NCBI RefSeq assembly: GCF_009914755.1
Contig: NC_060940.1
Length of the DNA stretch: 64,000 nt
From: the human T2T-CHM13v2.0 reference genome, Homo sapiens
Strand: one strand, 5' to 3'
The notes under the pieces were generated by a model. That model saw only the letters and a list, made by a program, of their open reading frames with translations. It did no database searches and had not been told where the DNA came from. This document shows, in pieces, positions 15,970 through 30,506 of this stretch; the first letter of the stretch is position 1; each line of letters opens with the position of its first letter. Both the position numbers and the translations under genes were made by a program.

Positions 15970-16426
15970 GGCCAGGTACAGTGGCTCACACCTATAGTTC
16001 CAACAGTTTGAGAGGCAGAGATGGGAGTATGTTTTAAGGCCATGAGTTTGAGAGCAGCCTGGGCAACACAGCAAGACCTCCTCTCTACAAAAATAAAAAA
16101 AATAAATTTAATAAAATAAAATAAATATAGCCAGGCATGATGGTATGTACCTATGGCCCCAGTTACTCATGTGGCTGAGATGGGCAGATCTCTTGATTCT
16201 AGGAGTTTGAGGCCAGCTTGGGCAACATAGCAAGTCTTCTCTCTCTACAAAAATGAAAAAAATGCCTGACATGGTGGTACTTGCCTGTATTCCCAGGTAT
16301 GGGGGCAGCTGAGGCTGGAGCATCTCTTGAGCCCAGTTGGTCAAGGTTGCAGTGAGCTATGATTATACCACTGCACTCCATCCTGGGTGACAGAGTGGGA
16401 CCCTGTCTCAAAATACAAATACAAAT
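15970..16426 (+). mobile_element. Three-monomer Alu within a single TSD
   Basis: Monomers at ~15970-16105, 16129-16262 and 16263-16420. TSD gaaatctcaagtca at 15956-15969 and 16427-16440. Confidence 0.8.
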
Positions 16427-16864
16427 GAAATCTCAAGTCAGACCAGTCCCTTCTAGGCTATGTAGGCCTTGTAACCACATAGCTGCATGATCGGGTTTGT
16501 GTGGCTGTGGATGAGGAGACCCCTGTCCAATTGTTGGCTATGTAATCAGTTTATTTTTCAATATAGTAATCAAATATATTTCATCATACTTGATGGTCTC
16601 AGATATGTGTGGATTTTGGAATTCCCCTTGGAACAGGTTGTAACATCTTATTGGCTCCATAATTCCATAATTTTTTTAATCTGATCAGTTTTTAATAAGA
16701 TCGCAATTTATATTAGACTACTTAATCGGTTTTGTTAATGACAAAATGAAATTGTGTTGTTTGCATTTTATCCAAGATGGGTGTCATATTGGGTAAATCT
16801 CATCAATACTTGAACAAATGCAAAATTAGAGCTTCTTTATCATGAAACACGATGTAATTCTTGA

Positions 16865-17788
<924 letters not shown>

Positions 17789-17802
17789 CCCTATTATTAT
17801 TA

Positions 17803-18985
17803 TTTTAAATAATAGCTTTATTAAAATATTCAAATGCCATTCACTTTATTTATTGAAATCTGCAATTCAGTAGGTTTTAGAATATTCACAGAGCTGTGCA
17901 TCGATCACCACAGTCACTTTTAGAACCTTTCATTACCCTATAGAGAAATCCATACCCCTTAGCTACTACCTCCTACTCTCCCCACCTACCTTTGCCCCCA
18001 GCCTTAGGCAACCATTGATTAATTTTTTGTCACTATAGATTTGCCTAATCTGGACAAATAGAATTGTACAATATGTGATCTTTTGTGGCTTTTTTTCCCT
18101 CTTAGCACAGTGTTTTCAAAGTTCCTTTATGTCATAGTGTGTATCAATATTTCATTCCTTCTATGGCAGTATTCCATGGTAGAGACACACTGCATTTTGT
18201 TTATCTGTTCATCAGTTGGTGGATATTTGGGTTGTTTCCATGTATTCCATGTATTGGTCATTATGAATAATGCTGCTATGAAGATTGTTGTACAAGTTTT
18301 TGTGTGGACATATATTTTTATTTTTCTGGGATATATGCCTAGGAGTGAAATTGTTGCATTATAGGATGACTGTACATTTAGCCTTTTGAGAAACTGCCAG
18401 ACTGTTTTCTAACGTGGCTATACCAGTTGGGTGCAATGGCTCACACCTGTAATCCCAGCTACTCAGGAGGCTCAGCTAGGAGGATGGCTTGAGCCCGTGA
18501 ATTCAAGACCAGCCTGGGCAAGATAGTGAAACCCCGTCTTGATTTTTTAAAAATCCAATTAAAATGACAAGAAAAGAAATACCCAAACAAAATGGTTACA
18601 CAATTTTATGTTCCCACCAGTAATGTATGTGGGTTCCAATTCCTCCACATCTTCACTGACATTTTTTTTTTCTAGATAGGGGCTTGCTCTGTCTCTCAGG
18701 CCGCAGTGCAATGATGCCATCACAGTTCACTGCAGCCGTGACCTCCCAGGCACAAGTGATTCTCTCATCTCAGCCTCCTGGGTAGCTGAAAATTACAGGT
18801 GTACGCCACCATGCCTGGCTAATTTTTAGATTTTTCTGTAGTGGTGGGATTTTACCATGTTGCCCAGGCTGGTCTCATACTCCTGGCCTCAAGTGATCTG
18901 CCCACCTCAGCCTCCCTAAGTTCTGGAATTACAGGCTGCCACCATGCCCGGCCTTCACCAACATTTGTCATTATCTGTTTTTTTT
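17803..18985 (-). mobile_element. L1M 3'-end fragments interrupted by a FLAM/Alu monomer (18427-18555 plus) and an Alu (18662-18953 minus)
   Basis: L1MB-like motifs atagctttattaaaata..., gtagagacacactgcattttgtttatctgttcatcagttggtgg and ttgagaaactgccagactgtttt. Confidence 0.75.
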
Positions 18986-19043
18986 TTCTTCCTTTATACC
19001 TTAAAGCAGTATAAGAACAAGTGTCTTCAATTATAGGAAACAG

Positions 19044-19806
<763 letters not shown>

Positions 19807-20059
19807 CCTACCCTGCCTACTGAGAACCAAAGGAAGGATCCAAATTCTCCTTAGCTCAACTCGAGCCATTTCCTGATTGCTTCATCAGCGAGGAGCTGGT
19901 TATTGGGCTGTCCAGGCCTCCCAAGCAGCACAGAAATGAGGTGAAGGAGTTTTCCTGTTGCTCCACTCTGTAAGGAGTTGGAGGGTGATGTTTACTCATT
20001 TGCAGAGAGAGATGCCTTGTAGGCACCTCAGCATGGAGAGGGCCCTGATTCCAATGTCC

Positions 20060-20451
<392 letters not shown>

Positions 20452-21287
20452 TAAGGTCAGCTGATGAGCAACATTAATTTTATCTGCACTCTTAATTCCC
20501 CCTTCCTATGTAATTGTGCTGTGTAACATAGGACATGAGCAATTGGTGGCGGTGGGGGTTATTACTTTGGCCACCACAGTAACTATTTTATGCCAGGTAC
20601 TCAGCTAAGCACTGGTGAATTAAGCATGAATAACACACACTCCTTAATCTCCATCCATTCATGGGAGGAGCACTTCACCTGCCATGCTCCTGAGAATCTC
20701 GGGAGTCATAGAAGTCTTCTATGAGGAGGTGATGCCAAAGCGGACAAGTGACAGAGGAGTCAAAGCTAGCTAGGAAGAGAGTAGAGGTTTAAGGGGAAGC
20801 ATATTATAAGCAGAGGATATTACCCACTTCAGAGACTCCCAGAGGAGAAAGAGTGTGCGTTCAAGGGGCAGATGAGGCTCAGTTGGACTCCATAGCAGAT
20901 GTAATGGAGAGGGGCAAGCAGTGAGGCTGCCTTGCAAGGCAGGGCAGAGCAGGGGCTGTTAAGGAGTTTGGACTTAATCCCTGAGGCAAGGAGAAGTGAT
21001 GTAAATGGGGGAGTAACATGATGAGATTCATAGATTAGAGACATGGCTCAGGCTGCTGTAGAGAAGGCACCAGGAAGAGCAGATGGCTCAATGTGTGTGC
21101 AGAAGACCTCTCCCTGAGTTTAGGGAGAGGTTTTTAAAACAGAAGAAGTTTGAGTAATTTAAATGATGATGGGAAGGAGCTAAAAGTGGGGGATAGGTTA
21201 AAGATACAGGAAAGTGGGAGGAAGAACTGACAAGTGAGGTTCCAGAGAGGGCAGGAGAAGAGGAGATTCCCATAGGGGGATTAACAC

Positions 21288-22318
<1,031 letters not shown>

Positions 22319-22656
22319 TAGTTTAAACTTTTGAGTGGTTTGTGTCTCCTGATTGGACTCCTACAAATACAGAATTGATGCTAGGAAGGGTACCAGGAGA
22401 TAGACGCACACAGATGGGATTTGGGAATAGGTTTGGTTATCCAAGGAGCAGTGCTGAGCTCCTTGCAATGGGATATGGGATGCTGGTGATTTCCAGGAAG
22501 TGCGCTCACAATGACTCAAGCTGCCACATACTGTTGATTGTGAAATGCCAGTTGAAGCATATGTCCTGCAAGCTTAGGGGTGCTACAAGTTGACCACTGC
22601 AGCAGTAAAGATGACTCTGAAGAATGGCGTGGGATGGTTCCTTTCAAATGCACTTG

Positions 22657-23105
22657 AGCAGCGGTCTCCAACCACAGGGCCACAGAGCTGGAGGTGAGCA
22701 GCAGGCGAGTGAAGGGAAACTTCATCTGTATTTCTAGCCCCTCCCATCGCTTGCATGACCACCTGAGCTCCATGTCCTGTCAGATCAGCAGCAGCATTAG
22801 ATTGTCATAGGAGCACAAACTCTGTTGTGAAGTGTGCATGCGAGGGATCTAGGTTGTGTACTCCTTATGAGAATCTAATGCCTGATATTCTGTTACTGTC
22901 TCCCATCACCCCAGGTGGACAGTCTAGTTGCAGGAAAACAAGCTCAGAGATCCCACTGAGTCTACATTATAGTGAGTTGTAGAATCATTTCATTATATAT
23001 TACTATGTAGTAATAATAGAAATAAAGTGCACAATATATGTAATGCACTTGAATCATCCTGAAATTATTCCCTCATTCCCAGTCTGTGGAAAAATTGTCT
23101 TCCAC
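22657..23105 (+). mobile_element. MER1A-like hAT-Charlie DNA transposon
   Basis: cagcggtctccaacc..gtcagatcagcagcagcattagatt..gagggatctaggttg..ccttatgagaatctaatgcctgat..gcaggaaaacaagctcag. Paralogs at ~26422-26820 and ~29843-30240. Confidence 0.75.
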
Positions 23106-23537
23106 ACATTCACTCTGTTTTTTGGTAGAGGCAGGGTCTTAATATATTGCCCAGTCTGATCTCAAACTCCTGGCCTCAAGTAATATACCTCTCTCAGCCT
23201 CCCAAAGTGCTGAGATTACAGGCATAAGCCACCACCCTCAACCAAGAGTTTCTTAAACCAAATAAAAATTAAGTGAGATTACTTGAGCCCAGGTGGTCAA
23301 GGCTGCAGTGAGCCTGATTGCACCACTGCACTCCAGCCTAGGTGACAGAATGAGACTGTCTCAAAAAATAAAATAAAATACAAATTAACCCTTTATGACA
23401 TTCCCAGTAACTTCCTAAGTGCTCCCCACAAGTCTTTGAATTCTGTTTAATTTTCACATAACATTTAAGACATTTAAGAACTTATGTCTGTCTGTGTCAT
23501 CCCTTTATGTCAAAAGATGTCTTTTTGTCACTTCCAG

Positions 23538-23602
23538 CTGGATCTACCATGAAAGACTTGTGAATCCAGGAAGAGAGACTGACTGGGCAACATGTTATTC
23601 AG
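23538..23602 (+). other. Candidate 65-bp non-coding exon, copy 2
   Basis: cttccAG|ctgga...attcag|GTac. Confidence 0.55.
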
Positions 23603-24582
23603 GTACAAAAAGATTTGGACTGTAACTTAAAAATGATCAAATTATGTTTCCCATGCATCAGGTGCAATGGGAAGCTCTTCTGGAGAGTGAGAGAAGCTTC
23701 CAGTTAAGGTGACATTGAAGCCAAGTCCTGAAAGATGAGGAAGAGTTGTATGAGAGTGGGGAGGGAAGGGGGAGGTGGAGGGATGGGGAATGGGCCGGGA
23801 TGGGATAGCGCAAACTGCCCGGGAAGGGACACCAGCACTGTACAGACCTGAACAATGAAGATGGCATATTTTGTTCAGGGAATGGTGAATTAAGTGTGGC
23901 AGGAATGCTTTGTAGACACAGTAATTTGCTTGTATGGAATTTTGCCTGAGAGACCTCATTGCAGTTTCTGATTTTTTGATGTCTTCATCCATCACTGTCC
24001 TTGTCAAATAGTTTGGAACAGGTATAATGATCACAATAACCCCAAGCATAATATTTTGTTAATTCTCACAGAATCACATGTAGGTGCCACAGTTATCCCC
24101 ATTTTATGAATGGAGTGATGAAAACCTTAGGAATAATGAATGATTTGCGCAGGCTCACCTGGATATTAAGACTGAGTCAAATGTTGGGTCTGGTCTGACT
24201 TTAATGTTTGCTTTGTTCATGAGCACCACATATTGCCTCTCCTATGCAGTTAAGCAGGTAGGTGACAGAAAAGCCCATGTTTGTCTCTACTCACACACTT
24301 CCGACTGAATGTATGTATGGAGTTTCTACACCAGATTCTTCAGTGCTCTGGATATTAACTGGGTATCCCATGACTTTATTCTGACACTACCTGGAGTTAG
24401 CACAGACCCCACAAGTTAGGGGCTCAGTCCCACGAGGCCATCCTCACTTCAGATGACAATGGCAAGTCCTAAGTTGTCACCATACTTTTGACCAACCTGT
24501 TACCAATCGGGGGTTCCCGTAACTGTCTTCTTGGGTTTAATAATTTGCTAGAACAGTTTACGGAACTCAGAAAAACAGTTTA

Positions 24583-25259
<677 letters not shown>

Positions 25260-26152
25260 ATACCCAGGGAAAGTTAAGTTCGGAGGGGCACAGAGCTCCC
25301 ATGCCCTCTGTTGAACATGCGACCCTCCCAGCATCTCCTGTGTCCAGCAACCCTGAAAGCTCTGCAAACCCCTTTCGGGGTGTTTATGGAGGCTTTATTA
25401 TGCAAGCATGATTGATAAAACCTTTGGCTGTTGGTGATTAAGTCAGTCTCCAGCCCCTCTTCCCCCTGGAGTTCAGTGCATGAGGCTGAAAGTTCCAAGC
25501 CTCTTACCATGTGGTTTCATGGTAATCAGCCCTCCTCTTGAAGAAATTTAGGAGCTTGCAGTCACCCAGTCATCTCAACAACATCCCCAAATGCATTCTT
25601 ACCATGCTGGAGATCCCAAAGTTCTTAGAGGCTCTTGTGTTAGAAACCTGGGACCAAGACCAAATATTAAAACAAAAGATGCTCCTGTCACATCTATCAC
25701 TGAGGTCTTTGTAAGAGCTTTAGAAGCTCTGTGCCAGGAACCAGGGACAGAGATTAAATATATATTTCTTTTCTTTTTTTTGAGACAGAATCTCCCTGTG
25801 CCATCCAGGCTGGAGTGCAGTGATGTGATCATAGCTCACTATAGCTTTGGCCTTCTGAGATCAAGCAATCCTCCCATCTCAACCTCCCAAGTAGCTAGGA
25901 CTACACATGCATGTCACCCATGCCCAGATCATTTTTGTAGAGTCAGAGTTTCACCGTGGTGGCCAGGTTGGCCATGTTGGCCAGATGGGGTCTTCTTTTG
26001 TTGCCCAGGCTGGCCACAAATTCCTGGGCTCAACTGATCCTCCCACCTCGTCCTTGTAGAGATGAGATTTAGTTATGTCGTCCAGGCTGATCTCAAACTC
26101 CTGGGCTAAATCGATTGTCTCACCTCAGCCTCTCAAGTATGTTATGAAGGTT

Positions 26153-27085
26153 ATATGTTAGGAAGGGTCCCAGGAGGTAGACCCACACAGATGGGATTTG
26201 GGCATAGGTTTGGTTTCCCAGGGGGCAGTGCTGAGCTCTTTGCCAGTGGGAAATGGGATGCGGGTGATTTCCAGTAGGTGACCTCACAGTGACTCAAGCT
26301 ACCACTTACTGTTGATTGTGACGAAATGCCAGCTGAGGCACATGCCTTGGGAGCTAAGTGGTTGCTGCCCTGGACCACTGTGAAGACTGGTGTGGGAAGG
26401 GTCGCTTTGGATGCACTTGAGCAGGGGTCCCCAACCCCTGAGCCATGGAGCCGCAAGGAGCCACACAGCAGGAGGTGAGCGGTGTCGAGTGAGGGAGTGA
26501 GGGAAGCTTCGTCTGTATTTACAGCCACTCCCCTTTGCTCACATTCCCGCCTGAGCTCCACCTTCTCAGATGAGCAGCAGCGTTAGATTCTCATAGGAGA
26601 ACACACCCTGTTGTGAACCGTGCATGTGAGGGATCTAGGTTGCGCTGTCCTTATGAGAATCTAATACCTATTGATCTGTTACTTTCTCCCATCACGCTCA
26701 GGTGGGACCATCCAGTTGCAGGAAAACAAGCTTAACACGCCCACTGATTCTACATTATGGTGAGTTCTATAATTATTTTATTATATATTACAGTGTAATA
26801 ATGGAAATAAAGTGCCTAATAAATGCAAATGTGCTTACATCTTTTGGCCCAGCTCCTACCTCCCGGCAGCCTCTCCAGGCCCCGAACTTTCTCTAGTCAG
26901 CCTCTACAGACCAAGCTCATGACTCTCAATGGCCTATTTAGGCCCATACCCTACGTCACGGCAGCCTCCGCAGATGAGGCTACTGCCTCACAACAGCCTC
27001 CACAGGCACAGCTCCATCGTTACAATGGCCTCTTTAGACCCAGCTCCTGCCTCCCAGCCTTCTCTCCAGGCTCTGAACTTTCTCA
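26153..27085 (+). repeat. 933-bp near-identical direct repeat, copy 1 (copy 2 at 29574-30506)
   Basis: Constant offset of 3421 bp. ORFs 26151-26561 and 29530-29982 translate identically over the shared part, as do 26702 and 30123 up to one indel. Confidence 0.97.
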
Positions 27086-27859
27086 GTAAGTTCAGGTAGC
27101 TGGGACTGTAGGTATACATGACGATACTTGGCTAATTTTTAAATTGTTTTGTAGACACGGGGTCTCACTTTGTTGGCCAGGCTGGTGTCAAACTAATGGC
27201 CTCAAGTGACCCTTCCACCCCTGCCTCCCATCCTCGAGGTATGTGCCACCACAGGGAGCACTTGTTCAATTTTCTAAAAAAGAAATTTCTAAAGTAAGGC
27301 TGTGGGATGATGGCAGGAAGATAAAAGAAAAACAGAAGAATAAGTTAAAATGACTTATTCACACATATTCTTTTGACAGCAAGAAGAACTTTTAGTATAT
27401 ACATTCCTTACAAACAAACAAAAGGCAGATAAACAATGTTGTATAGGAACTTCAACACACACTGTACAATATTCCCACTTTGCTGACATAAGTTATGGAA
27501 ATTTCATGGTTTACTTGAGTGTCGCTACCAGTATTTTGCTTCTCTGATGATTTTTATCAACTTCCTCATCTGTTAACTTCTCTCCAAGGTATGTCATGTC
27601 ACGACATACTGCCGCTGCACGAACATGGCCAGTGTCTTCCTATTCAACATGTAGAATGCTTTCCTAATTTCTCTTTTTACTCTCTGTCTTTGTGTTCTGC
27701 ATTTTCCTTACTTTTATTGTCAGAAACTCCAGAAAGTCAATCGTACTAATTTATCACGATTTGCTTTATTAATTTATACTTTGCTTATATGGAATTTTGT
27801 CCAACAGACCTCATCACAGTTTCTAACCTGTTTTATTTTTTATTTATTTATTTTTTTTG

Positions 27860-29420
27860 TTCTGAGACAGGGTCTCCCTCTGTTGTCCAAGGCTGGAGTG
27901 TAGTAGTGCTATCGCAGCTGACTGCAGCCTCAACCTTCCAGGCTGAAGCGATCCTCCCACCTCAACCTCCCACGTGGCTGAGACTACAGGTGCTTGCCAC
28001 TATGCCCAACTAACATTTGGAATTTTCGTATACGTGGATTCCAGAGGGGTGACAGCGAAACGTGAGTAAGCATGGATTTTGGTATATGCAGAGATGGGGG
28101 GCTGGAACTAATTCTGTATACTGAGGGATGACGACTGTGTATGTTTTTACAATTACGCTGTAGGATACATACTGTTGCATAGCCTTGAAAATAATAATTT
28201 TTAATTGAGTGGAATAAGAATAATATTGATAAAAGTAGCAGCTGGCCAGGTGTGGTGGCTCACACTGGTAATCGCAACACTTTGGGAGGCTGAGGCAGGA
28301 GGATGGCTTGAGGCCAAGAGTTTGCGATAGGCCTTGGAAACAAAGGGGGAGTCACCATCCCTACAGAAAAATACATGAATTAGCCTAGTGTGGTGGCATG
28401 TTCCTGTAGTCCCAGCTACTTGGGAGGCTGAGGTGGGAGGATCACTTGAGCCCAGGGAGGCTGAGACTGCAGTGAGTCATGATCAGGCCTCTGCACTCCA
28501 GCCTGGGTGACAGAGTGAGACCCTGTCTCAAAACAACAAAAAAGTAGCAGCTAACATCAACTGACCTTTTACCAGGTGCCTATTGATACCATAGTTTAAT
28601 TTCTTATAACTGTTTCTTATTTCACTTACCAACTCTGTCTTCAGTTACTCCCAGATTTTTACTGTGTGTGTACAGATGACCTTTTGCTTAGATTGAATTG
28701 TCTCCCCAGAAGTAAGATTACTGTGAGTCATGGTGAATGGACATTCTCCTTACCCTTGATGTAAATTGACAGGGTTTTGGGTGCCTCCCAGCTATAATCT
28801 TAGCACTTTGGGAGGCTAAGAGAGGAGGATTGCTTGAGGCCAAGAGTTGGAGGAGGCAGTATGGCAGTATGGTGAGACCCTGTCTCCATTATTTTAAAAA
28901 ATTGACAGGCTTTACCCGGGAAGGCTTATACACAATTTAACCACCCCTCATAGTATAAGAAAGTGCCCATTTCACTGCACCTTTGCCAGCACAGGGTATT
29001 ATAATTTCGTAAGCCATTTTTTGTTTGATTATTTTAAATAGACAAAAGACCTCATATTACTTTACTTGTCACATTTCAACATCTTTCCTCAGCTTATTAG
29101 CTCTATTTCTTTTCTGTCTGTAAATGGTTGTTGTGGTTTTGTTCTTTGAGACAGGGTCTTGCTCTGTCATCCGGCTGGACTGTAGTGGCATAATCATGCC
29201 TCACTGCAGCCTTGACCTCCCAGGCTCAAACTTCCGCATTCCGAGTAGCTGGGACTACAAGTGTGCACCACCACCCCCAGCTAACTTTTTTCTTCTTTTG
29301 GATAGAGACAGGGTCTCACTGTGTCATCCAGAGCGGTCTCTAGCTCCTGGCCTTAAGCAATCCTCCTGCATTAGCTTCTGTAATGGCTGGAATTTCAGGC
29401 ATGAGCCACCATGCCTGGCC
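27860..29420 (+). repeat. Diverged direct paralog of ~8210-9757
   Basis: Collinear Alu monomer, MER2-like fragment, gtagcagct, ttactc/ccagatttt, FLAM-like monomer, ccatttcactgcacct and AluJ. Confidence 0.85.
28244..28539 (+). mobile_element. AluJ-type with TSD
   Basis: TSD aaaagtagcagct at 28231-28243 and 28540-28552. Confidence 0.9.
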
Positions 29421-29573
29421 TGGGCTAGTCCCATATTCTCTAGAGTTCTCTTTACTCTGTGCTAGCCAATCTCTCATTATGCTGTTCACCTGTTATAATG
29501 AATAATTCTCTGTATTAAATTTTACCACTTTAAACTTTTGAGTGGTTTATGCTTCCTGATTGGACTCTGACTA

Positions 29574-30506
29574 ATATGTTAGGAAGGGTCCCAGGAGGTA
29601 GACCCACACAGATGGGATTTGGGCATAGGTTTGGTTTCCCAGGGGGCAGTGCTGAGCTCTTTGCCAGTGGGAAATGGGATGCTGGTGATTTCCAGTAGGT
29701 GACCTCACAGTGACTCAAGCTACCACTTACTGTTGATTGTGACGAAATGCCAGCTGAGGCACATGCCTTGGGAGCTAAGTGGTTGCTGCCCTGGACCACT
29801 GTGAAGACTGGTGTGGGAAGGGTCGCTTTGGATGCACTTGAGCAGGGGTCCCCAACCCCTGAGCCATGGAGCCGCAAGGAGCCACACAGCAGGAGGTGAG
29901 CGGTGTCGAGTGAGGGAGTGAGGGAAGCTTCGTCTGTATTTACAGCCACTCCCCTTTGCTCACATTCCCGCCTGAGCTCCACCTTCTCAGATGAGCAGCA
30001 GCATTAGATGCTCATAGGAGAACGCACCCTGTTGTGAACCGTGCATGTGAGGGATCTAGGTTGCGCTGTCCTTATGAGAATCTAATACCTATTGATCTGT
30101 CACTTTCTCCCATCACGCTCAGGTGGGACCATCCAGTTGCAGGAAAACAAGCTTAACACGCCCACTAATTCTACATTATGGTGAGTTCTATAATTATTTT
30201 ATTATATATTACAGTGTAATAATGGAAATAAAGTGCCTAATAAATGCAAATGTGCTTACATCTTTTGGCCCAGCTCCTACCTCCCGGCAGCCTCTCCAGG
30301 CCCAGAACTTTCTCCAGTCAGCCTCTACAGACCAAGCTCATGACTCACAATGGCCTATTTAGGCCCATACCCTACGTCACGGCAGCCTCCGCAGATGAGG
30401 CTACTGCCTCACAACAGCCTCCACAGGCACAGCTCCATCGTTACAATGGCCTCTTTAGACCCAGCTCCTGCCTCCCAGCCTTCTCTCCAGGCCCTGAACT
30501 TTCTCA
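29574..30506 (+). repeat. 933-bp direct repeat, copy 2 (probable donor)
   Basis: Homology continues on both sides: upstream to the ~22320 paralog and downstream into the 32-bp array. Confidence 0.95.
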
